64,000 nt of DNA from Octopus sinensis (GCF_006345805.1 NC_042998.1:48422001-48486000); one strand, 5' to 3'. Positions 39,375 through 52,486 are shown, counted from the stretch's first letter. Notes: generated by a model from the letters alone, not told the origin. Numbers and translations: made by a program.

Positions 39375-39934
39375 CTATGTTTGACTTTTGCTTTATGTCT
39401 GTACAAGTTGGCTCCAAGTCTCACCCAGAGACCTCAAGAGACAACAGGTTGGAAGTTCTGTGCCATATATTTGGGGAGGGGGGTTTGGTGTTGTACTAGT
39501 GAATGTCTAATACATAAAAATAAAATTTAAAAAAAAATGTTTTTGAATAAAATAAATAAATAAATAAATAAATAAAAGTTTGTTTTAAACCTTGGGATTA
39601 CATAGAGAGTATTTTGCGTAGGATATGAGCAGTTCCCATGAGCACTATCTTTTGAATTTCTGCCATTTTGGGGTTTCCTGGTATCTGAGTTAGGTAGCAA
39701 TCAGTCCCTTTCGCTATCATTCCCAGGGCACCTATGACAACAGGTATTGTTTTAGTCTTCAGCTTCCACATTTTGCTGATTTCTATTTGAAGATCTTTAT
39801 ATTTGCTCTGTTTTTGGTAGGTCTTGACAGATATGTTTATATCGATTGGGACAGTCATATCAATGAGGAGGCAGGTTCTTTGTCTGAAGTCTTTCAATAT
39901 GATGTCTGGCCTATTTGCATCTATCTTCCTGTCA

Positions 39935-39935
<1 letters not shown>
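39375..39935 (-). mobile_element. 5'-truncated R4/Dong-like non-LTR retrotransposon (RLE endonuclease C-terminus + 3' UTR) in (TAA)n
   Basis: Open frame DRKIDANRPDIILKDFRQRTCLLIDMTVP..KQSKYKDL..TIPVVIGALG..LMGTAHILRKILSM* carries the PD..D..K restriction-like endonuclease motif; (TAA)n on both sides. Confidence 0.85.
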
Positions 39936-40029
<94 letters not shown>

Positions 40030-40679
40030 GTCTCTACACCGTATTAATGTTGTGCCCGGTTTAATTATTCATCGTATGTAATCCTTGTTTCATCTCTAGC
40101 ATAGCACAATTCTTAATTCTGGATATCATCCCAATGTCGCTATTATATATTATTATGGTTTGCACTAAGACATCTAGTTCATTCTTGTCTTTGCCATAAA
40201 GCTTTAAATCATATATAGATACCGAGTAAGCAGCCTTCCTTAGCTTTGTTTAATATAATCAACAAAGGAATCACTGCGATTACAAACAACATAGGAAAGA
40301 GTGAGGGAGTGAGTGAGTGGGTGAGTGAGTGAGCGGGTGAGTGAGTGAGTGGGAGAGAGACGGGGTGTTTTATTGCAAAATTCGTCTTCTGATCTACTAA
40401 TCTCTCCCATCTAACAGTCAGTCCTACTCTCCAATGTATTTGCATTTTCTAGCTGGTAATTAACCTTTTTTGAGATTTGAAACATTTCCAGGCACTGCTT
40501 GATACAAAAGTGTATTGACTAAAAATCATGCCCTTTAGTATAATCGAGCCCCGAGATACATAACTTTAGATAATTTAAATGTGTTTCGGCTAAAGATTTA
40601 GCCCAGGTCATGTCTAACTTAATGATACCACCTAAGATCCGTTAAGTCATTTTAAAGTCAAGTTTTGTGGTTTCATGAC

Positions 40680-42600
40680 CTATTCAAGTGGGGAGTTGAT
40701 ATTGACTGAGATGTATCCAGATAAAAGTGGCTTATTTAATATCCCTTGAAGAAATTTGTCCAGGTTTCGTTTGGAGGTGACAGGATTTTTTTCTTTTTCG
40801 ATTTGTTTCGGAATAATGCTAAATAGAGCAGGACCTGTAAAGTAAAAGAAATTGTGTTGCAATAAATTTGTGTTATGAGCCTGAATTGTGTATAGAGCGC
40901 ATGGCACATGGTCCCTGCATTGGATATATTCGGAATCTGATGTTAAGATCATTTGGGCTATGTTGGTGAGACATTCTCCACATTGTACAAAGGATGTAGT
41001 GCTCACTGTGGCGCTGGAGAGAATAAAAATTCAATGTTTTAAGGTGGCTCTAATAATCAAGATCGGTCATGCCTTTTTTTTTTTTTTTGATACATTCGAA
41101 CCTGTCAATCAATAACTGGTCTTTCGCACACCTGATCGTTTCCTCTAACCTTTCTGTTCATCAGGCATTAAGTGTTTCTTATATAGGTGTTGGCCTACCT
41201 CTTCTGTAATTATTCCGGTTGGGGGTTTCCACCCGAGTAGTAGAATGTAATTTGAGGCAACGTTACTTTCAGTTTACCTTTCACTATTTGGCAGGTTCTT
41301 CTTTTTATTAACTGCAGTGATTCCCCCCTCTTTTTGCATGCACCCATTTAGTCACATCACTAGTTTCATGAAGATCTATAAACCCTTTCTATCATTAATT
41401 TTCCACTTTCCTGCCGTTTTTAAAATTGCTTTCGGATATTTTCATTTTGTGATGGCAACATCTTTCTGAGCCTCAACATTTTCAGTGAAATTTTCCACTT
41501 TTTTATATCTACTGTTGTTTAGCATTTTTTTCAGATTTCTAACCTTAAGTAATATGTTTTCTTTAGCATTTGATCTTATGCTATCATTCCTCTCAATTCC
41601 TTCAAGAATATGAAATATGCGTTTCTGGATTGATTGATTTAAAAAGGCAATTTGGCTTACATTGGCTATTGCTTTCTTAACGTTTTCTGATTTTGGCAGC
41701 TTTTCCCTTTTCTCTCTGTTTTAGTTTTTCGATCAATGTCCCAAATCCATGTCCCCTTACATGATACATTTCGTCTAATCTACCTTTCTCTAATACTTTC
41801 TTTAGCTCGTTTACCATGCTTCATCTAATCCAGCTCGCTTATATCTTTCCTAAGGCAGCTAATCTTTATTGACACCTGCCATATTTATCAGGTTACTTAC
41901 TGGTCCTTTTTTGGACCTTTCTTTTACCCCAACAATGCTTCAAAAATATATTAGCATTTGTTAACAACAATATGTTGGTATCTTTAATGTTTTTACAGGC
42001 GATCGTATTAACCACACCGTTTACTTTTCATGGCTTTTTTCTTAATCTTGGTCCGATTCACTGCCTTCAAATTAATTCATCGTAGTTCTCTCAGTTTCTG
42101 CTTCAGTTTTCCAGGGATCTCTAGTTAATTTTCATCATGGCTATCCACATCAAATTCCTTTTCTTTTTATACGCTTCTTCTTGCTTTCATTTCAATTCTT
42201 AGCGTTGCATTCTCTTGATTGACTGAAATAGCTGCATTCTCCTGATTCTCTGGGGGTAATTGTAATCCAGCAAAATTTTGATATGTTGGTCCTTGTTATT
42301 TGGGGTTGATTTCTTTTCTGTATTTCTTCAATTTTTATGTCAGAGAGGTTTTTTATCCCTAATATACAATACTTGCCTGATAGCTGTTGTTCACTGAACT
42401 TAAATACTCCCATAACATTCCAAATGTTCAGCATTCTTTACCAGAATCTTCGCTTCCGTCGTTCACTTCTAAGATATCATTCTATTACTATCGTCTTGAT
42501 TACCTTATTCCACTTAACTTTTTAACACAACACCAAGAAGATAACGATCAGATATGCGCTACTTCTCCTCAGAACACACTATCGGGCGACAAACCCTCGT
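40680..42600 (-). mobile_element. CR1-clade LINE relic with large internal deletion
   Basis: C-terminus FTGPALFSIIPKQI..KRNLDKFLQGIL.KP..SGY...NSPLE* typical of invertebrate CR1; upstream decayed endonuclease/linker-like sequence. Confidence 0.6.
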
Positions 42601-43766
42601 GAGGAGTTCCCGGCTTAATCACATCTTTTCTTATTGAATTTCAGTTTGACATAATGCACCTAGAGATTTTAAGGTTTCTCTGCTATAGGTATCTTTTCCC
42701 TAGACACCATATCTATGAGGATTGCTAATCATAGCTAAAGAGGCCCTCTCCTCCTTGAGGAAAGATGCGACGTCGCCTACGGTCAGTGGATTCATTAGAA
42801 CTTCATCTCAAGACAGGATATAGACAAGATTTAAAAATCCTGTCTACCCTTAGCTGAGACAAGTTATACTGTGCTGGTTGCTAAACCAACACTTTATCCT
42901 TCGCTGATAAGATGCATTAACTCGACCATGATGCAATAGTGCAAATAGCGAATCCTGTCATCTTGTGAATATGATTGTGGTTTGACGTTTTACATTATCA
43001 TGTACAAGCAAATGATTCAATTTGGATGATATTGGCTGAGTTCATCTGCTCTTCCCCAGATTTTGTTTTTTGTCCTGTAACGTGTCCAAATATAGAAAGA
43101 AAATCCCTAAAATACCATACAATATCACCCTCCTCATCGAGTAGGCACGGTATGGATGTCTGTTTAGTCGCAAACTACTTGACTTTTATTTTCTTCTTTT
43201 AGTTGATCGCCATTGTTTTACCACTTTCCAGAAAAGTGATATTGAAAATCATCATTAGTATTACTATTATAGAAAAAATAATGAGAATATATTTAAATGC
43301 TAGAAACAATTATTTAATCCGAATATTAGAGCAATAATCCTTTCTTATATAGACACAAGACCTGAAATTTTAAAGCGGAAGCTAGACGATTACACCGACC
43401 TCAGTGCTCAACTGGTACTCATTTCATCGAAAGATAAAAAGTAAAGACGACCTCCACAGTATTTGAACTCAAGACGGACGAAATGGTGCGAAGCATTTTG
43501 TCCGATGTGCCAACGATTCTATTTGTTCGCCGCCTTCACTAATACAGTGCACAGAGTATATGTATATTGTTAATTCAACAGGGACTAACTGTAGTTTAGT
43601 ACATTAATAATAAATTGCATACATTGTTTACAAGATTAGACACTTTTTCTGTAAATGTGGTATATATGAGATATATTGTAGATTAAATTGTAGATATGGT
43701 GGAGCAAAACGGATTTCAGATTCATAGAGTACCCTAAAATTAACTAATATCATCTAAAGTGATATT

Positions 43767-44023
43767 TACTCTTTTACTCTTTTACTTGTTTCAGTTATGT
43801 GACTGTGGCTGGATCACCGCTGGATCACCGCTTTTAGTCGAGCAAATCGACCCCAGGACTTATTCTTTGTAAGCCTAGTACTTATTCTATCGGTCTCTTT
43901 TGCCGAACCGCTAAGTTACGAGGACGTAAGCACACCAGCATCGGTTGTCAAACGATGCTGGGGGAACAAACACAGACACACAAACATACGCACACACACA
44001 CACACACACATACACACACACAT

Positions 44024-44087
<64 letters not shown>

Positions 44088-44248
44088 GACGGGCTTCTTT
44101 CAGTTTCCGTCTACCAAATCCACTCACAAGGCTTTTGTCGGCCCGAGGCTATAGTAGAAGACACTTGCCCAAAGTCCACGCAGTGGGACTGAACCCGGAA
44201 CCATGTGGTTGGTAAGCAAGCTACTTACCACACAGCCACTCCTACGCC
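43767..44248 (-). mobile_element. SINE family B, full length
   Basis: Homologous to other B copies. Confidence 0.85.
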
Positions 44249-44254
44249 TAAAAA

Positions 44255-44835
44255 AATTTGCTTTAACTTGCCACTGGATCACAAGGAAAGCCAATCACTG
44301 CAACTCTTGCATACAATATGTGGAGCAAAATATTTATCGTTGTTTCCAAGTTTATTTTGAAGTAATATTTATTTGTAGCTTGCTGGTATGGGTGGCGTGA
44401 TGTTTCTCAAACAGTCATTGATTGCATATTCCCCACAGACGTAGCAAGAGTGACCTGGGTCATTGCAACATACACATCTTGAAGCAAACTGAAGTGGATA
44501 AATATAAAAAAAAACAGCAGTCTGCAGTGAATGGAGCAACTACCACTTTGATACAAGTTACAATAACATCCGAAACATGTATTCGAATCGAAGTGTTCTA
44601 AAAATAGACATGATCTAATACATGTTATATTAGCTTTTACAGCTCTATATTTAACAGTTGTCACAAAAAGAGCAATCAAAGGCATTCTTAAATGACAAAC
44701 AGGAACATTTGACGTATTACATGCTATATTACATTTCTGTAAAGTTAGTATTTTGTTAATCAAAATCGAGATTTGATGAAGCAAAACTGACTTCATTTTT
44801 AGAGAGAGTACCTTAAAATTAGGTAAAACCATCCT
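44255..44835 (-). mobile_element. Chapaev3-like (CMC) DNA transposon 5' relic
   Basis: Frameshifted N-terminus C.NDPGHSCYVCG..RNITPP...KLGNNDKYFAPHIVCKSC, resembling the Chapaev-type N-terminal zinc finger. Confidence 0.5.
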
Positions 44836-45077
44836 AAATTATCTCTTTCTAAAGTAACTCTTTCTGCTATGGGCACAAGACCTGAAATTGAATGGGTGGC
44901 AGTTAATCGATTACATCTAACGATTTGGCCAGATAGTCGCCTTTGTAACGGTGATAATATCCCTTTCTATTATAGGCACAAGGCCTCAAGTTTATAGGGA
45001 GGAGGCTAGTCAATTACATTGATCCCAGTATTTAACTGTGACATTTGAACTCAGAATATAAAAGTAGAAGAAATGCC

Positions 45078-45309
45078 TATTTCTTTACTACCTACAAGGG
45101 GCTAAACACAGAGGAGACAAACAAGGACAGACACACGGATTAAGTCGATTATATCGACCCCAGTGCGTAACTGGTACTTATTTAATCGACCCCGAAAGGA
45201 TGAAAGACAAAGTCGACCTCGGCGGAATTTGAACTCAGAGCGTGACGGCAGACGAAATACGGCTACGCATTTCGCCCGGCGTGCTAACGATTCTGCCAGC
45301 TCGCCGCCT
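45078..45309 (-). mobile_element. SINE family A inserted in an older SINE, 13-bp TSD
   Basis: TAGAAGAAATGCC at 45065-45077 and 45316-45328. Confidence 0.85.
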
Positions 45310-46928
45310 TCAAACTAGAAGAAATGCCGTTAAGCATTTTGTCCATCGTTAGCACGCCGGACAAAATCCTTAGCGGCATTTCATCCGTCTTCACGCTTTG
45401 AGTTCAAATTACGTCATAGTTAACTCTGCTTTTTATCTTATCGGGTGGATACAATAAGTAGCAGTTAAGCACTGGACTCGATGTAATCGACTTGTCCCCT
45501 CTCCCAAAATTTCAGGACTTGTGCCTATACTAGGAGGAATTATTTTGGCAGACTTGCTGTGGTTTTTACCAATAGTACGTCCTTCTATGATTTAATTTTC
45601 TCTCTATGCTCTACGCAGTTCTTGATCTTTCTCACCAGCACCACCAATATGACCGATTTCAGTACTGAATTTTCAAACAGGCAAACTCCCGTAGTTTACC
45701 CCATGATCGTCGGGGACATTAATATTTGTAGGTACATGCTGACGCCAGCTCATATATTTCACAGTTGTGTTGTGCTTTCACAACTTCCCATAATTGTGTC
45801 GCGAAAGTCCCGATTAGTCATGAATGCCAACATCAATGTTCCAAAATTCTATACTTGCGTTCTGTTTGTTTTTTTTCCATACAGTATTCTGATGAAACCA
45901 AAGTATGGGTTACACTTCCAAAATTCTTATCCCGTCCGACGAAGCAGACTTCTTTTCATACGTTGGACATGGCCTTTTCAAAATTTCTTTTTCAAGGCGC
46001 AGGAGTGGTTCGGCAAAAGAGTCCGATAGAATAAGTACTGGGCTTACAAAGAATAAGTCCTGGGGTCGATTTGCTCGACTAAAGGCGGTGCTCCAGCATG
46101 GTCGTTGTCAAATGACTGGAACAAGTAAAAGAGTAAAAGTATAAAGGGTATTCGGGCAACCTTGATTACTTTTCAGAGGAAAGTAGACGTAGGTCAGTCC
46201 TGTGTGTTGTCCGCCAAAATGACTTAGTCCCGACCAGTTCTGGTCAGTGCAGATTCTTCGGCAGGTCTTTACTATCTTTCAGTTCTTTGGCAAAAGTTGG
46301 TAATGCTGCTGCTGCTGCTGCTTGTCTTCCGTGGCATTGTTTACGCCATTGTTACTACTGTTATTGGAATCGGATTTATTCTAGTAGTTTTCACCTGCGC
46401 GACTGTGAGATGCGACGGTGGTGCTGAAACTGATGCTGCTGCTGTTATTGCTGTTATTGTTGTTGTCGGTGGTGGTGGTGGTGAACGATTATAGAGGTGT
46501 TCGAGCTTTACCCTCCTCATACTACCTCTCCGTCTTTAGCTACAATCATGACGCCATATTGTAATTTTTTTCATTTAAATTCTAAAACACATTTTTCGAA
46601 GCAAAAATAATTTAGAATTTAGAAGCATTATGAAGATTGATGCTGTTGATGATAGTGGTGTGCTGTTACTATTACTAAGGCTTTCCACCATTTTACCACA
46701 TCCACCGCATTTTAAAACAATTTTTAAAGCAAAATGTAATAAAATGACAGTAACAAATTCAGTAAATTTTAAGGAACAAAAATAAATGAAAAATAACCAG
46801 TTGTTTTCATTTTGAAGTCAGCACGCGAACAAAATAGTTATCAAAGACAGTACATTCGGAAAGTATAAAGCACTAATTTAATCTTAAATTTGAGAATTGC
46901 GAAAGATGAAAGTTTTCTCTTCGATATT

Positions 46929-47567
46929 CAACAACAGCAGCAGCCGTTCAAGAATTTGAACCTGGAGATCTCAATTTCCAGCGACTTCAAGGGCCACCTC
47001 CCAGTGGTGTCGGGGCGTCACCGAAGAGCCCTCGACTACAAGAAGACGGCCAAAGTTTTTTTTTTCCCAAGGTCTGGGGTCACCCGCCCCTAAGCCCTAG
47101 ACCATCACCTAATCACCCTTACCCGTGTTGTTGCTTAATAAAAACAACAACAACAACAGCAGCGGCCGTTCAAGAATTTGGACCTGGAAATCTCCATTTC
47201 CAGCGACTTCGAGGGCCACTTCCCAGTGGTGTCGGGGCGTCAACGAAGAGCCCTCGACTACAACTAGATGACCAAAGTTTTTTTTTTCTCAAGGTCTGGG
47301 GTCTCCCGCCCCTAAACCCTAGACCACCACCTAATTACCCTTACCCGTCTTGTTGCTTAACAACAACAACAACAACAGCAGCAGCAGCAGCAGCAGCAGC
47401 TGTTCAAGAATTAGGACCTGGAGATCTCCATTTCCAGCGACTTCGAGGGCCACCTCCCAGTGGTGTCGGGCGTCAACTAAGAGCCCTCGACTACAAGACG
47501 ACCAAAGTTCTTTTTTCAAGGTCTGGGGTCTCCCACCCCTAATCCCCCTTACCCGTCTTGTTGTTTA
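46929..47567. repeat. Three tandem copies of a ~210-bp GC-richer unit separated by (CAA)n/(CAG)n
   Basis: Units start near 46929, 47144 and 47361; the third has a ~20-bp deletion. Confidence 0.92.
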
Positions 47568-47995
47568 GCAACAACATCAATAACAACAACAACAACAGCA
47601 GCAACAGCATTATCGTCTTCATTGTCAACAACAATATTAGTAATGGTAATAGTAATAATAATAATAATTTCTCTATTACAGACACTAAGTGGGAGGAGAC
47701 TACTTGATTACATCGCCCCCCGTGTCGATCTCGAAAGGATGACGGTTAAGTCGACTTCGACAGAATTTTAACTCAGAACGTTAACCGGGAGTAATACCAC
47801 GAAGCATTTTGTCTAGTGTATTACGATTCTGAATAATAAATATAATAATTGATAATAATAATAATAATAATCCTTTCTATTATAGGCACAAAACCTGAAA
47901 TATTGGGGGAGGGGTAATTCGATAACATTGACCTCTGTGTTTGACTGGTACTTATTTTGTCAAGCGATGACGGGGGAGACAAACACAGACACACA

Positions 47996-48062
<67 letters not shown>

Positions 48063-48066
<4 letters not shown>

Positions 48067-48260
48067 ATCCAAATATGAAAACACAAAGAGAAAACACAAC
48101 AACGTGAGGACGTGGAACAAATATAGTATTATTGGACGCTCAGGAAGAAAGGGAAGAAGGAGGGTTATAAGTTTCGAGCGGAGCTCTTCGTCAGAAACAT
48201 AGGAAAAGGAAAGATCCAGAGAAGGGAAGACGGAGGAAATCGCCAACGGTACACACGCGG

Positions 48261-48263
<3 letters not shown>
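48063..48263 (-). mobile_element. Penelope-like terminal-repeat fragment with degenerate hammerhead, flanked by (TA)n
   Basis: Minus strand ATGTTT-CTGACGA-A-GAGC-TCC-GCTC-GAAAC-TTA at 48200-48168. Confidence 0.55.
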
Positions 48264-48336
<73 letters not shown>

Positions 48337-49288
48337 TATATATATACTGTTCTCGTTCTGTTAACGTTTTGGCGTTCAGACGAGTGTACTGGCATTGATG
48401 TGGCAACATTTGAAATTTTGTCTAGGTAAATGCAGCTGATGAAGACTAATCAAATTTACGTTTTCAAACGTATTTGAAGAGTTAGAAACCGGTCCTGCAT
48501 TATCCGATTCAAGGTTGTCCATTTATCGAATGTTCTTCCTAGAGGCAAGACAAATTTTTTTCCTATTTGTTGCACACAGACACTCGTCTTTGCTTGTATA
48601 TACGCAGTGAAGCTATACAATAGCGTCGTATTTATATCGATTGCTATTTTCCAGTAAATACTTTTATATATATAAGTATGCAAATACGACGGGCTTCTTC
48701 CAGCTTCCGTCTACCAAATCCACTCACAAGGCTTTGGTCGGCCCGTGACTATAGTAGAAGGCACTGAGAGACCGAGCAGAGGGACTGAACCCGCAATCAT
48801 GTGACTGGGAAGCAAGCTACTTTACGCACCCACGCTTGCGCCTACACACATACACAAATTCTGTTACCTTCATCCATTGATCCACCATTGTTATTTTATA
48901 ATAACAAAAATAATACACTTTGTCATTCATCCTTTTTTTTCACAAACACAAGTAGTGACATAAGTAGAAATTACATACTTTGATTGTATTTATCACAAAC
49001 TGAAAATAAATACAAGCGACGTGTATATCATTTGAAGTCCGTACGACATGTGGAATTCGGTAAAAGCTTTGAGTGTTTGAACGTTGATTACCAAATCACA
49101 TTTTCAGTAATAATATCTGTCAGGTAATTCAACTCCAAATACTCATTAGATTTTTAAAGCTGGCTTTGAAGTTACATCATTTGTAGATATTTATGACACA
49201 AAAAATAATTTTAAAAATGCTACATTAGGTTATGAAACATAAATTAGTGGGAAATCGATGGATTTTACTTATTATTTTGTTATTATTA

Positions 49289-49328
<40 letters not shown>

Positions 49329-49331
<3 letters not shown>

Positions 49332-49607
49332 TAGTCTTATTGTTATCACGTGGTTTCACTGCACTACCGAGCGCAGCTCTGTGCTTTGGGTATGTGCTAT
49401 GGTTTGTTGTGATGACTTATTTTCACTGTACTGAAAGTGTTTTACGTAGGATGTGTTCGGTGCCTAGTAGTAGTATTTTCTCTATGCTATATTTACTTGT
49501 AAGTCCTGGTGTTTTTGTTATGTATTTGTCTGAGTGTTTTTTATCATACGTAATGCGCCTACCATGATAGAAATTGTTTCTGTATTTAGGCTTCGAGTTA
49601 CCCCTTT

Positions 49608-49609
<2 letters not shown>
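49329..49609 (-). mobile_element. Second 5'-truncated R4/Dong-like element 3' end in (TAA)n
   Basis: ..TETISIMVGA..KKHSDKYITKTPGL..IEKILLLGTEHILRKTLSVQ*; (TAA)n on both sides; different subfamily from 39375-39935. Confidence 0.75.
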
Positions 49610-49657
<48 letters not shown>

Positions 49658-49863
49658 TTATTATTATTATTATTATTACTGAGGCGGAGAGCTGGCAAGG
49701 TCGTTGGCACGCTGGACGACATGCATAGCGGTATTTCGCCCATCGCTACGTTCTGAGTTCAAATTCCGCCGAGGTTTGACTTTGCCTTTCATCCTTTCGG
49801 AGTCGATTAGATAAGTTCTATTTTCTTGCGTTTATTCACCTACCTATTCATATGTACCTATTC

Positions 49864-49894
<31 letters not shown>

Positions 49895-49929
49895 TGTATG
49901 TATGTATGTATGTATGTATGTATGTATGT

Positions 49930-50295
49930 ATGGCCCAGTGGTTAGGACAGCGGACTCGCGGTCGTAGGATCGCGGTTTCTATTCCCAGACGTTGTGAGTG
50001 TTTATTGAGCGAAAACACCCAAAGCTTCACGAGGCTCCAGCAACGGGTGGTGGCGGAGTCTGCTGTACCCTTTCACCACTACTTTCTCTAACTCTTTCTT
50101 CCTGTGTCTGTTGTACCTGTATTTCAAAGGGCCAGCCTTGTCACACTCTGTGTCACACTGAATCTCCCCGAGAACTACTTGAAGGGTAGATGTATCTGTG
50201 GAGTGCTCAGCCACTTGCACTTTAATTTCATGAGCAGGCTGTTCCGTTGATCGGATAAACTGGAACTCTCGTCGTCGTAACCAACAGGGTGCCAC
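49930..50295 (+). mobile_element. SINE family C
   Basis: Homologous to 17384-17767; flanked by (TATG)n. Confidence 0.85.
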
Positions 50296-50802
50296 GATGT
50301 ATGTATGTATGTATGTATGTATGTATGTATGTATGTATGTATGTATGTATGTATGCATGCATGCATCCATGCATGCATGTATCATCTTTATTTTGTGTTT
50401 CATTCTATGGCTTGTTTCAAAAAAAGGCAAAATGCTTAATGGAAAATTATGAGGAAGTGAAAGCATGTGTCAGTATGTGAAAATGGCAAGATTGTATAGA
50501 ATGCGAGAAAGTAATGTGAGAGAGAAAGAGAGAGAGGAGAGAAAGAGAGAGAGGGAGAGAAAGAGAGAGAGAGGTAATAGTCCATGCAAAATACTTTATA
50601 AGCTTTCTGCTAATACAAGTACATCAGACAAACATTCTTTTTAGATTAGTAAGGAACTCTGCGTATGCTTATTGCAGGATCTGAGTTCATCACCATTCTA
50701 TATTGTAAATCCATGGTCGCAGTCCCAGTAAAAGTGATCTTTTACACAGAGTGATATACAAGGCAAGGTACAAATAATGGTCTTTACATATTCCTTTAGT
50801 CT

Positions 50803-51037
50803 TGCAAATTCGACTTACAGCTGTTTGCAATAGTCATTATGGGTTCGTTCAAAGAGCTGTTTACTCAATTGGTTCATTAACCGGCTGATAAAAATTGGAT
50901 GTTATCTTCATCGAAGTTGGAAATATTTTAAAGATCGAATCGATTCTTCTCAGCCGATCAATGAACCGATTGAGTAGACGGTTCGATGATAGAACTTATA
51001 ATGGCTACTGGGGAAACAGTTGTAAGTCGAATTTGCA
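50803..51037. repeat. ~90-bp imperfect inverted repeat pair (fold-back/MITE-like)
   Basis: TGCAAATTCGACTTACA...CGGCTGA vs its reverse complement ending at 51037; ~50-bp spacer. Confidence 0.85.
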
Positions 51038-51145
51038 GGAATAAAGGAATATATAAGAAAAAAACATTAATTGTACCTTGTCGTGTATATATATATATAT
51101 AATGTGTGTGTGTGTCTCTGTGCGCGCGCATATGAGTGTATGTCT

Positions 51146-51228
<83 letters not shown>

Positions 51229-51460
51229 AAGGCAGATAAACACAAGTTGGCTTAATGCGTATATTTACATGGAATACAAACTAGAAAATACGGAATAAAC
51301 AAAGGGAGCTTTGTAATGGTCTTATCTTGACAGCTGTTTCGGGAGAACCATAGGCCAGGATGAAGAAGTTTAAGTTCTCCTTTATCAGAGCACTACTCTG
51401 TAGTACCAATACCACGCTTACATTGTGTTTTCACACATGCACACACACATACGCACACAC

Positions 51461-51498
<38 letters not shown>

Positions 51499-51506
51499 CA
51501 CACATT

Positions 51507-51540
<34 letters not shown>

Positions 51541-51677
51541 TGTATATATATATATATACACTATATATATATATATATGCATACATACATATACACATAT
51601 ACGCACACACACATACATACCTATACATATATATATATATACACACATATATATATATGAGAGTATATATATGTATG

Positions 51678-51722
<45 letters not shown>

Positions 51723-52286
51723 TGTGTGTGTGTGTGTGGTGTGTGTGTGTGCATGCGTGTATATGCGTATATACACATATACACACAGTATAGATTGATT
51801 GCTTTCTGAAGTATTGATTTATTTCTTAAGTGCAATATCAACTTTGAAGTGAAGAGAACACATTTCGCTGTACACCAATAATGATTAAATCATCAACCGT
51901 GGAATCAAGAAGACAAAGTCGACTTCCGAGAGATTTCTACAAAGAACCCAAAGCTAAATATTGTAAGATTGTACGTTGGCTGCCAAAATATCCGTCGCCG
52001 TGCCCTAAGAGATTGTAGATAGACGCTCGAACAGGCAAGCAGACGGAAGGACGTGCAAAGCGACAGACAGTCAGACTGAGAGATAGATAAATAGATAGAT
52101 ACCTAGAGAGATAGACAGACAGATAAACAGATATGTTTCTTTATTAGCCACACAGGGCTGCACACAGACAGAACAAATTACAAGGTAGGGCTTTTCTTTT
52201 GGGGGTAAAAAAAAAGGGGGTTGGTTTTCGATCAAAAGGGATCGTAAAAGGAAAGAAAGAGGACAAAAAAGGGGAGGATTTAAAAC

Positions 52287-52336
<50 letters not shown>

Positions 52337-52423
52337 AAAGAAAGATAGACAGATAGATAGAAAGACAGACAGATAGATAGAAAGACAGACATATAGATAG
52401 ATTGTCAGAGAGATAGTCAACAA

Positions 52424-52486
52424 GCCCAGTGGATAAGGCACCGGCCTCCAAAGCCGGGGATTGCGGGTTCGAGTCTTGTCAGAGGT
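52424..52486 (+). pseudogene. 5'-truncated tRNA-Arg(CCT)-derived sequence, anticodon reads CCA
   Basis: GCCCAGTGGATAAGGCA-CCGGC-CTCCAAA-GCCGG-GGATT-GCGGG-TTCGAGT-CTTGT-CAGAGGT: Arg-type D-loop and anticodon stem; no 5' acceptor strand; T-stem weakened. Confidence 0.75.

Noticed and set aside
45560-46000. Possible decayed integrase/transposase-like sequence on the minus strand
   Set aside because: Only a vague GHIGG motif among many stops; cannot classify.
46980-47045. HDV-like ribozyme in the ~210-bp tandem unit
   Set aside because: On plus no P1 5' strand can be assigned; on minus there is no catalytic C-R-A linker before P2'.
52424-52486. Functional tRNA-Trp(CCA) or miscoding tRNA
   Set aside because: Body is Arg-type, the 5' acceptor strand is absent and the T-stem is degraded.
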